A stretch of 64,000 bases of DNA. Origin: Octopus sinensis. Lineage: Eukaryota. Below, piece by piece: positions 53,524 to 64,000 of the stretch. The notes below the pieces were generated by a model. The model was not told the origin of the DNA. It was given only the letters and a program-made list of their open reading frames with translations, and did no database searches. The translations under genes were made by a program, and so were the position numbers. The stretch lies in NCBI RefSeq assembly GCF_006345805.1, contig NC_043012.1, forward strand, positions 47,306,001-47,370,000. Direction: 5' to 3'. Each line of letters opens with the position of its first letter. Positions within the stretch are counted from its first letter, which is position 1.

Positions 53524-54339
53524 GTATATACACACTCGAACAGACACAGATATATATATGTTTGCAGTTAGATAGATAGTTCTGATATATCTTCCTTGTT
53601 CTGCTTTCATCTGATTCATTTCGATAAATAGAGAATGTATATCTGCACACAAACACTCACACACACACACACATATTGACTGATTCCCGCATACATAAAG
53701 CGTTCGACTGCGTGCATGAATGTACATTTTGTATTTGATTGCCTCTACTCTTACGCATATGATTGCACGACCGTGTGTATGTGAACGTATTTATCACCTT
53801 GTTATATTTGGATATAGCGTTAGTCATACAATATTGCCTCCAGGTATTCTATGGCCTTGGCATGTCATTTTCAACGATCATGCAATGATAATTCTTGTTA
53901 GAAATGGCAATATTTCGCTAATGTATTCTATACTTCAGAGCTGCAAGAGACTTGATGATCTTCTTCCGTGACAGCATTAAGCGTCATAAACAAAAAGTAA
54001 GACCTTACAAATTTTTAGATTATATAGTATAGCTTTCTAACATAGTAAACCTGTACAAAAATCTGTTGCGAAATAACCCACCAAACATAACCGTCAATAG
54101 CACATAGCTGTTCATTTCCAAATATCCGAATTGAAACAGGTGTATGTCATACATGACAACAATTACTTATCGAAGCTAGCACGAAACACGAAAAGGTTTC
54201 TTCACGAATCCTATATCAATTCCCATATAATTGCATATAATAGAAAATTATAAATATTCCAATATAGGTCATCGTATACATATATGTGTGCGGTGCAGGT
54301 GCATGTGTACAGGTGAGTGCGTGTTTATGAGTTTGCCTG

Positions 54340-54383
<44 letters not shown>

Positions 54384-54699
54384 ATATATATATATGTATG
54401 CATGCATGTATGTATCCATTGGTATGGCTGTTATTGTATGTGCGGAATAGTTTTATAAGACATCTATTTGATATATATATATATATATATATATATGTAT
54501 CTGTGAGTGTGTGTGTGTGAGTGTGTTAGGATATATGTGCGCGTGTGAGCGTGTATGTGTGTGTATGTGTGTGTGTCTCCATAAACACACGTACACATAT
54601 ACATACGTATATGAAAAATATGACTAACAATACCAAATACAAAACATCGAAAGATAAACCTTATACGCATTACCATAGAAAAATGCAATTATTTTATGT

Positions 54700-55350
54700 C
54701 TTCAGGATTTAGTCCTGTCAATCAAAGTAGCTGGTTCCGTTTAGGATTATCAAGGTTTCAGATGCGTGTCATTTACAATTAAGTAACTTTTATGTCATAG
54801 CTAATGGCATTCCAAATTGAATTACTGGGGTAATTTTAGCCTTCTGCATTAATTTATTTGGATCTCAATGCGGTATATGTCTAGCTCACAGCACGGATTT
54901 TTACACAGATTTGCATATCCTAATGTAACCCTAGCAATTGTAGTTTCATATTTTCCCTTTATTTTAGTGGAATTACTAACTGTTTATCTGCCATACCAAC
55001 ACGCAATACTTAGGCCTTCTTGATTTCAAAGACCATACGCTAAGGATATGTTAATTTATTGAAATTGTCTCATGGGTAAGTTAAGCTGTCAAATGGTTAT
55101 GCTCAGACAAAGAGATCGGTGTTATTGAAATTAGTGTGAGCTGAAGATTTCACAGCGCACTTTTGTACATGTTTATGCATATTTACCATGTTACATAGCC
55201 TTAGTGGAAATTCCGAGGGTTATGCGATCTTACCCTAATCTGTATATTGCAGTTAAGAATGAATCTTATGATTTCTTTTGGAGTTCTTAGGGAAAACTTT
55301 ACAGAAATATTGACATTTCTAACAATATAATTTGTTATTAGGCAGTTGGA
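54700..55350 (-). mobile_element. Possible decayed Penelope-like fragment
   Basis: Faint PLE-like thumb region and Cys-rich linker (aaatctgtgtaaaaatccgtgctgt). Confidence 0.22.
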
Positions 55351-55489
55351 CATGATATGGTAGAACACAGCTTAATTTTTCTTCTACATGAATGTACTAA
55401 TCATCATCCGTGGAAGGCTTAGCCGTCCGAAACTTCGAAATCACAATCAACAACATTCTTATATAGGAAAAAGGAAGATATATGTATGT

Positions 55490-55582
<93 letters not shown>

Positions 55583-55647
55583 ACGCGTGCGTACGTACGT
55601 ATATGTACACGAAAATATACAGTTGTTTATACATACGGAATATTTCC

Positions 55648-55850
55648 TTTTACTTGTATCAGTCATTTGACTGCGGCCATGCTGGAGCACCGCCTTTACT
55701 CGAATAAATGCCCCCCCCCCGAGGACTTATTCTTTGTAAGCCTAGTACTTGTTATATCGGTCTGTTTTACCGAACTGCTAAGTTACGGGGCCGTAAGCTC
55801 ACTAACATCAGTTGTCAAGCGATGTTGGGAGGACAAATACAGACACGGAA
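55648..55850 (-). mobile_element. SINE family A 3' half
   Basis: cttttacttgtatcagtcatttgactgcggccatgctggagcaccgcc...ggacttattctttgtaagcctagtactt is nearly identical to 14065-14260. Confidence 0.85.
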
Positions 55851-55959
<109 letters not shown>

Positions 55960-56023
55960 TTATATATATATATATATGTATATATGTATATGTATGTATA
56001 TATATATATATATATGTATATGT

Positions 56024-56330
56024 GGAGGCGCAATGGCCCAGTGGTTAGGGCAGCGGACTCGCGGTTGTAGGATCGCGGTTTCGATTCCCAGATCGGGCGT
56101 TGTGAGTGTTTATTGAGCGAAAACACCTAAAAGCTCCACTAGGCTCCGGCAGGGGGGGGGTGATCCCTGCTGTACTCTTTCACCACCCTTTCTCCCACTC
56201 TTTCTTCTGTTGGCCTGCCCGCTTAACCAGCGGGGTGGCGTCATTCGAAGGCTAAAACAATGCGAACGCATTGTGACCAGCGATGTGTAACTACATTTGA
56301 TGAACTGGTCGGTCACGTGATCACGTGATA
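56024..56330 (+). mobile_element. Young full-length tRNA-derived SINE (family B head; tail ending in (cacgtgat)2)
   Basis: A-box tggcccagtgg and B-box ggtttcgattccc in a tRNA-like head (56024-56098). Inserted within (TA)n. Confidence 0.88.
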
Positions 56331-57094
56331 TATACATATATATATATATTTCGGTAAAGCAAAAAAAAGTGAGAAGTAATCTTCTGTCTTCTTCATCTAC
56401 ATTGTTAGATATAATAGGGCATGGATTATATATCGGTAATACAATATTATAAAACAAATAAGAAATAATTAGGGATAATCCAGAAAATCAGAAATATAAA
56501 AGCAAGAAGCTAAAAGAACTTACAAAAATAAGTTAAAATTTAAAAAGTTTTTTTTTATATATTAGAATTAACTGCAAGAACATCAAATTATAAAAATCAA
56601 TGCGGTAATCGATATATAAATAGGGAGGTGAAAAGTCGAGTTGACATGGGGACATAATACGATGAATTGAAATAATACCGAAGAAGGAAAGTATTTGCTG
56701 ATGGATACGTTTTTCGTTATTTTTACTTAATGAGGTTTATACTTGGTCTCTAAATTGTAATATATCAATTTCGCATTTAATGTCAAATGTGTTTCGATAT
56801 TTTTTAATGAGATGAGACTAAACATATAGTGTTGCACTGGGGAAAAGTGTACCGTGTTGATTAAAATAGCTGAATAGGGGAAGATATTTATATAGTTAAT
56901 CGACATTATAGTAAATTTGGTTTGCTATAAACTAAACGTAAAAAGCTATCAATCGATTAATATTTTAAATCGTGGATTGCACATAAATGATAGTCCTTGC
57001 GTGTACGTATATTTTAGAACCATTTCTCGAATAACCCATCTATATATCCGAGATGCTTATTTATATGATAGCCTGATGTACTAAAAAGATGTTC

Positions 57095-57292
57095 TTTTCT
57101 ACTCTAAGAAGAAGGCCCGAAATTTTTGTGGAGGGGATGGGGGGTTAGTCGATTTGATCACCCCCCCCCCACCCCAGTACGAAAAAGCCAAAGTCAAACC
57201 CAGCGGAATTCGAGCTCAGAGCGTAAAGTCAGACGAAATACTGCTGAGCATTTTGACCGGCATGGTAACGTTTCGGCCAGCTTGCCGGCTTA
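57095..57292 (-). mobile_element. SINE family C copy (internally deleted)
   Basis: gcggaattcgagctcagagcgtaaagtcagacgaaatactgctgagcattttgaccggcatggtaacgtttcggccagcttgcc matches 60515-60600. Confidence 0.72.
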
Positions 57293-57639
57293 CTAAAAAG
57301 ATATTACTTAGAAACTGGTGACAGTTTCAGCAAAAAGAACTCACAACATATTTTTTTTAATTTAGCTCTCTTACGCCAAAGATGTGTGTGTGTGCGCGCG
57401 CGTGTGTGTGTGTGTATGTGTGTGTGTGTGTGTGTGTATATAATATGTGGAAAAGAAAACGGAAAGCTACCAAATTGTTCCAAAACTTGAAACAGCTTCA
57501 AGCGAATCTTCAATTACATGGCATGGAAGGTTTTAATGAGCATCATATGACTTGCCTTCTAATAAAGACGTATAGAAGAAAATTTGCATGCTCCTTATAA
57601 TGATACGATATGCGTGTGTTCATGGATAAAATCAGACAT

Positions 57640-59300
57640 ACAAACAGCACACATGTTCGTTCATCGGATCGACGAGGACGATCCTTTTAAAGTTTGAGCT
57701 GCACCAACATCATTCTTTCGATCGTGACCATCTTCGGTCCATTGGCAGAACCAGGTGAAGAGGACTGAGAAAGGAAACGTATGCAGCGAATCGCTAAGTT
57801 GTTTTACTTAGCTTGTCTCTCTTTTTGCCTTCTACAATACGTTGTTGTAACCGCCTTCCTCACAGCTAAAGTAGGACTTTTTTTAATTCTTTAGAATCTG
57901 CGGGATCCATTCTGCGCATGTACTTCTGGGTAAGACATAGTACGTTAATTAACCTGTACTTGGGGATCTGACAAGTTTTTCTACACTTGATCATAGAAAG
58001 CCTGGTATCAATAGTGGCTAAGATTTCGTCCCACACCCCTCAAAATCCTGAGACGCCCAGGCAAGAGTCTGACTACCAGCATACATACACACACATAATA
58101 CATACATTCATACATGCATGCATACATACATACATACATACATACATACATACATACATACATACATACATACATACATACATACATACGTAAATACATA
58201 CGTAAATACATACATACATACATAATGGGTAACAAAACATAAAAAAACACGTATAACAAAACAGATTAGTGCTCAGATCAGATCACAGATCATGCACCTA
58301 AAGCCAACATCGAACTAAAGGAGGCAGAATTCAAACATCATTCGGTTGAACGTCATTTACTTGTCGAGTACCGAAAGTACAATAAAATGAATGATAGCTA
58401 AGATAAAATATTGTCTAATAATGTCAGATAGTCTCGAAATCAATTATATATTACTGTGTCCATCAATAAACTGAAAAGGCCTCCTCAAGCTGACCGGTCA
58501 ACTGCAGGAAAGAGTCCATCGAGAAATGAAGAAAAAATCCCGGTTTTCTGAACTACAACAAGGAGCCTGTAGTTTTGCTAGCATAGCTTGATGTATCTTT
58601 ATTTTTGCCCCATAGATTGATTTGTTATAGCTGAATTAGATGTTTAGGAGCTTCTACTTTCCTTCGGCTGCGTAAGTGAGGCCTTCTAATTCTTATTTAC
58701 TTTAAAACCTTATAACTATACGTGTGTATAACATTTGCATCTTACTTCATACTTGTATACGTGAATCTAAATGTGTATATTAGTTATATAATTACATCTC
58801 CTGTCAATTATTAATTCCACTCGTAACTAGCCTTCGGCTATCATCTGTATTTGCAACCGTTTCTTAATATTATCCGGATATCATCATATCTTTGTACACG
58901 TAGATGATTTCCACCATTTTAGCAGCTAGGCACGCAGGCAGTTTTATACCAAGCTGGAGACTGGGCAGTTTTACCTATTATTTCTTATCTTTCTCTGTAA
59001 TGCTTTTTTTATGCTTCTTTGCAATTCTTTGAAATTAGTTAACTCTTCCGCATATTCCCCTAGCTTCATTCACACATAGAAGTCAAGCCATTGTCTTTTG
59101 AGCGACTGACCATTATCTTTCCATTATAGCCATGTTCCAATTTCACTTGTCTTTGCACCTTCCATCCTACCTCCTTACTCCGTTTAGTTTTCTAGTTCTC
59201 CTGTACACCCCCTCCACCTACTCGCTTTCTTACTATTAACGCTATTTCAGTTTTACAATTTTCTCTAAGGCCTTTATTGTTTTCTGTTATTTCTTTTAAA
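57640..59300 (-). mobile_element. Possible decayed RTE-like LINE remnants
   Basis: Minus-strand LTYAAE (compare LTYGAETW) near 58670 and WFC...KDRPRR (compare WFGH...RGRPR) near 57670-57755. Confidence 0.3.
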
Positions 59301-59913
59301 CCCATCTATTCGCTCATTTTTATATCTTACTAATTTTCAGACATTTGTTTATAATCCCATTTATTTATTTTTTGCGACACATATGCGTACACATATGGTC
59401 ACACATACTAGTACACCTTCAGTGAAAGCGAATATAAGCCAAATGTCTTCAATAGAAGAATCTATTCTGTCTATATCATAATTAAACGCATTGTCATCAA
59501 TACACGTATATACCAAAATGGCATTTGCGCACACGCATACATATAACATTCACAAACTAAATCTATCTCTGAAATATGCAACTTTTCATTATGAATTTAA
59601 AACTGCTGATATGCAAACGCAATAACCGCTGAAGATACGAATCCAGCCACTATTATCACTATACCTGTCAAATGAGCGAGTTCACTAAACTTACCCACTT
59701 TACCGTACAGGTTATCTGAATCGCCATTTGAAATACAGATTTATCCAGCAACACACTGGGCATAATCAAAACACACGTACACACAGTGTGAGATGGATAC
59801 ACTGTCTCCTTTTTATATTTTTACTTTCGCGCATGCGCGTTCCTAGTCTTTGATTTTATCGACTATAGAATATAGTAGATCAGTTGGGCACCATGTAGGA
59901 GAAAAATAGTACC

Positions 59914-60412
59914 ATGACGCAATTCATTCTGCCAGAAATTTGGAACCGATGTGCTGTACTTCTTGGTATTCGCACCGGAAATTCCAATACGAATATTTCA
60001 GAGTGTTTGGGTGTCAATCAGAAGATAGTGCATAGGATTCGGAAATAGTAGGATGAATCTAATGGAGATTACGAAGTTACGGTGGCGCGGAAAACTCACG
60101 CTGATAGTTCTGATAAGAAAAGAACTGCTGAATTTGTTGGTGAGTTCCAGACCATGATTGACAACGATCCCTCTAAGTCAATCAGATGCATCTCAAGAGA
60201 CATGGGAGATTCTGGCTTTCTGTTCAGGCTGGCAGTGCACGAAGACATTCGGTATTCTTCATATAAGATAAGAAAGGGCCAATTTTTATATCCACTGTCA
60301 TTAAGGAGATAAGGAAAGACTGTGCTATGAAGCTTTTGAACAAACTCAAGCATCCCATACAACCAAACATGCTTTAAATTTTTCCAGATGAGAAAAATTC
60401 CTGCCAGGATCA
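59914..60412 (+). pseudogene. Tc1/mariner transposase N-terminal pseudogene, truncated by SINEs
   Basis: MTQFILPEIW...ISECLGVNQKIVHRIRK**...KKRTAEFV...IDNDPSKSIRCISRDMG...HEDIRYSSYKIRKGQFL...LLNKLKH...FPDEKN. Paired-like HTH and the first catalytic D motif (compare FSDEK). Confidence 0.82.
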
Positions 60413-60600
60413 GACAAACAAGGACAGACAGACGGATTATGTCGATTATATCGACCCCAGTGCGTAACTGGTACTTAATTTATCGACCCCAAAGGATGAA
60501 ATGCAAAGTCGACCTCGGCGGAATTTGAACTCCGAACGTAACAGCAGACGAAATACCACTAAGCATTTTACACGGCGTGCTAACGTTTCTGCCAGCTCGC
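60413..60600 (-). mobile_element. SINE family C, well-preserved copy
   Basis: Minus strand gcgagctggcagaaacgttagcacgcc...gttcggagttcaaattccgccgaggtcgactttgcatttcatcc...ggggtcgataaattaagtaccagttacgcactggggtcgatataatcgac. Confidence 0.85.
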
Positions 60601-60605
60601 ATCTT

Positions 60606-60755
60606 TTAGTTTCCGTCTACCAAATCCACTCAAAAGGCTTTGGACGGCCCGATACTATGGTAGAAGACAGATGCCGAAGGTGCTACGCAATGGGATTAAA
60701 CCCAGATGTATGTGGTTGGGAAGCAAGTTTCTTACCACAGAAGCACGTCTACGTT
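60606..60755 (-). mobile_element. SINE family A 5' half
   Basis: tagtttccgtctaccaaatccactcaaaaggctttgg...ttaccacag matches 14322-14460. Confidence 0.75.
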
Positions 60756-61586
60756 TAAAACTCCCATACAATTCCAAATAGTCTTTCTGCCTATGAAAAT
60801 TCGCTCTAGAAATTAATTTAGTTTATTGCAGTTGTAGATCATTTCCCGCGGGGTGTCGGCAATAATTGTTGCAATGCTTTACTTTTCATGCACACGTTCA
60901 CATGTTAATTTCGAAAATAATATGGATTAATTTCATATCGTATTCAGAGCACCATTTTTGAAGCATAATATTCCAAATTCAGGTCATTAACCTCTTTGTG
61001 TTATTTCTCTTACATAGTTTTATAAACAATTATGCAAATTATCCTTTGAAAAGAACATACGAAATACTTCATGCTATGTTATTGAACTGTACTCAACTGA
61101 AGTTGTCACCTTAGCAATTAATGTCAGATTCTCCCGTCCCTTGTATGTAAATTATACACATATCTACTTATATACATATATCTATACACACACGCATGCA
61201 TACATACACAAACACACACACACACAGTATTCATTTGTCAAATAAAAGAAGCGTTTGTGTTCTAAATACCATCGACGTACTAAATATACGTGTTTCGCTT
61301 CGAAGTCGGTTCGCAGCGGAAGTGTGCTACTGGGGCAACTCTCTCATATCATTGGCTGTTAAAATGCCTGCAAGTCATAGGCAGGCGAGGTAACTCGCCA
61401 CCAGTCACATCCAGTAGCGATAACATTTCACCATTTTTGTGATTTATGAGCCTGAATTGTGTGGGATGTGCGGTCGATATCATTTACAACGCTAGCACTG
61501 CTTTTAATTCGTAATTAAATTTAATCTTACGTATGCACCGCAGCGATACGGTGAAGAAGGAAAACAATTGGTACGTGCAGTCGATA

Positions 61587-61639
<53 letters not shown>

Positions 61640-62226
61640 CGTGCATGCGTGCGTGTGCGTGATTTTGCATTTATGTGTGTATCAATACGCTGCATTCTAT
61701 ATTCATAGCCATCTTCATTCTCATTCATCTTGTCATTCTTTACTCATTATTCCACATTACATTCGAAATTGTAGCAAGTTACTAGCTGTCATATTTGCAT
61801 TGTATTATAGGGAAAAACATATTCTTTGCTATTGATATATGCCGTTTATATGTATTATATGTATTAACTACATTAATCTATAAGGAATTATACATCATAT
61901 CATACGTATTGTATTATTTTATTTCGTATCATGTAATAATGATTTGTAGTGCATTATCTTGTACTGCAGTGTATTATTTTACCTCAATTTATATTACACT
62001 TGCGCAAACATTTTGTTACCTTAATAATCGTTCGTGCACACTGACAAAACATTTCTACAATTCATTAGATTTATCAAATAACCACACCGTTCTGCATTTA
62101 CCTATCAACACAATTATTTTATGAATAGCTAGTTTATCGACACTACATTACTATTCATAATATATAAAACCGCGCATCCTATTATCCAAAATCACCAATG
62201 TTTTGTTTGCTCTCATTTTTTTGTTA

Positions 62227-62432
62227 AGGCATTGAGCTAGGAGAGGCGTTAATATGACGAGCAAGATGCTTAGAGTCATTTCGACCCTCTATGCGATTTG
62301 AGTTCAAATTCTACCTTGGTTGATTTTGAATTTCATCCTTCCGGGGTCGGCAAAATAAGTGGCAGTTGAATACCGGGTTCAATGTAATCGACTATACATT
62401 CTCCTAAACTTACAGGCATTGTGCCAAAATTA
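62227..62432 (+). mobile_element. SINE family C, diverged copy
   Basis: aaggcattgagctagg...tgagttcaaattct...tttcatccttccggggtcggcaaaataagt...tgtaatcgact. Confidence 0.65.
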
Positions 62433-62569
62433 TTGATTATCGTTATTCCTGTATATTAACAGTATCCGCATGAAGTAAGCGGAAACTGAATATAGAAAAT
62501 AGAAAAAATACCATATAATTTCTTAACGGTTACACTTCGCTTAACATCTATATAATAAAGGACAAAGGG

Positions 62570-62782
62570 TCCTTCGTGAGTCAGATTTGTTGGACCAGTT
62601 TCCTGGTTACAGTGACATATATACTCCCCACCCCGGTTTGTCGCAGGTTTACTCATTTTTGCCAGATGAGTGCAGTCAAGCAACGTGAAATAAAGTGTTT
62701 TGCTCGTGAACACAACGCATTGCCTGACCCAAGAGTCGAAACCACGATCCTCAGTCCGACACCTTAAACACTAAACCACTTA
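62570..62782 (-). mobile_element. tRNA-derived SINE (family B-type head) with a fourth tail type
   Basis: Minus strand tggtttagtgtttaaggtgtcggactgaggatcgtggtttcgactc...gcgttgtgttcacgagcaaaacactttatttcacgttgct...cctgcgacaaaccggggtgggga...ccaggaaactgg. Confidence 0.65.
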
Positions 62783-63234
62783 CCAAAGCAAAGTTATTGC
62801 ATAATTTCTCGTGATTAGTCTGTATTGCTCAGGCGCAGATACTTTAACAACATAAATTCCTTTGAATCATAACGGCCATAGATTCACCTATCCCACTGCG
62901 TAATAATTTAATGACGTTCCCTGTAACATATTTTAGTCGTGCTTATGTTTGTTGATATCCATATAATGTACGTCTTTCATTACACATAGTTCTTTTTTCA
63001 ACTTGACTGCAAGTGTATCTCACGATGTTTTATTAACGTCACTAATTCTGAAAAACAAATTTATATGTTTGTGTGTGTACACCTATCTATTCATCTGCCC
63101 ATATGTGTGCGTGTATATATATATATATATATATATAATTTCAACAATTGAGGGCAAAATTAATTAATTATTAATCAATTTCACCAAGTGTTCAGTATGC
63201 AAAGGGACCATTCAAGGCGAATTCAAATTATTAC

Positions 63235-63579
63235 ATTATATAAAAGGGCTTAGTAAAATAAATTACTTTGCCGCATACTGAACTCATTAGAAATAGCAGC
63301 TAAAAAACTTTTTTAAGGCTATTTCTAATACTTAAAGAAAATCTCTCTCATATATAGTGTTTGCATAATTTAACTCACAAAAGTTTGGGGGTAATGACAT
63401 CGAATTTGATTTTTCGATGTCATTACCCCCAAACTTTTGTGAGTTAAATTATGCAAACACTATATATGAGAGAGATTTTCTTTAAGTATTAGAAATAGCC
63501 TTAAAAAAGTTTTTAGCTGCTATTTCTAATGAGTTCAGTATGCGGCAAAGTAATTTATTTTACTAAGCCCTTTTATATA

Positions 63580-63581
<2 letters not shown>
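63235..63581. repeat. Near-perfect long inverted repeat (170/169-bp arms, 8-nt spacer)
   Basis: 63235-63404 is the reverse complement of 63413-63581 apart from one homopolymer-length difference; spacer tttgattt. Confidence 0.95.
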
Positions 63582-63632
<51 letters not shown>

Positions 63633-64000
63633 GCGCGTGTGTGTGTTTGTATACAGAAACATTATTTAACGCGTCTCCTTCAGAAACATGTCCTGAAAAC
63701 TAAATGGTTTGTATAAGTAAAACATACTTATCTATAATGCATAATAAACCATTTACATCAGCATTAATATAGTAAATGTAGTTTCTGTAATAAACCAATT
63801 TATTGTTTAGTCGATGAGGTCCCTCTTCAAACTCAAGATACGTTCCACGAGTGATGTTCCGTTTATTTCAGTGCTGCTACGGAATGAAAGAAGGCATATC
63901 TTGTGCTTATCTTGTTTTATGATTGACGCTATGAAACTGTGGGTAATTCTATACTGTATAATTTCTATAAAGGGAAGAGATTATCTTTGGGAATTATTGG

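Noticed and set aside
56024-56098. tRNA-like sequence with A and B boxes
   Set aside because: Continues into a SINE body and recurs at 13960-14035; it is a SINE head, not a tRNA gene.
57640-57770. Possible minus-strand host exon after a good acceptor (tttcctttctcag)
   Set aside because: All three frames stop within about 35 codons, no donor or partner exons were found, and the sequence is better explained as an RTE-like remnant.
63480-63560. CTAATGA after a hairpin in the palindrome arm as a possible type III hammerhead
   Set aside because: No GAAA box, no valid NUH cleavage triplet and no helix III.

Overview
AT-rich eukaryotic genomic DNA made almost entirely of transposable-element remnants and microsatellites ((TA)n, (CA)n, (TAA)n, (GATA)n). 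The tRNA-derived SINE families and overall repeat make-up resemble an octopus/coleoid cephalopod genome; this rests on recalled repeat sequences, not a search. I found no host gene exon, RNA gene or CRISPR array I can support, and most ORF-track entries are microsatellite translations or antisense frames of TEs. Recognisable elements: five fragments of R4/Dong-type restriction-like-endonuclease LINEs, mostly tied to (TAA)n; two copies of one CR1-group LINE (one long and decayed, one young and 5'-truncated); a Tx1-like 3' end inside (GATA)n; Penelope-like remnants; Tigger/pogo, Tc1/mariner and Chapaev3-like transposase fossils; and at least three SINE families. The most notable observations are a tandem pair of minimal hammerhead-ribozyme-like motifs, a covarying 3' stem-loop shared between the CR1-group LINE and the SINEs, SINEs with one head type but different tails, a non-coding (TAA)n-associated element, a 170-bp near-perfect palindrome, and template-switch or templated-insertion scars.
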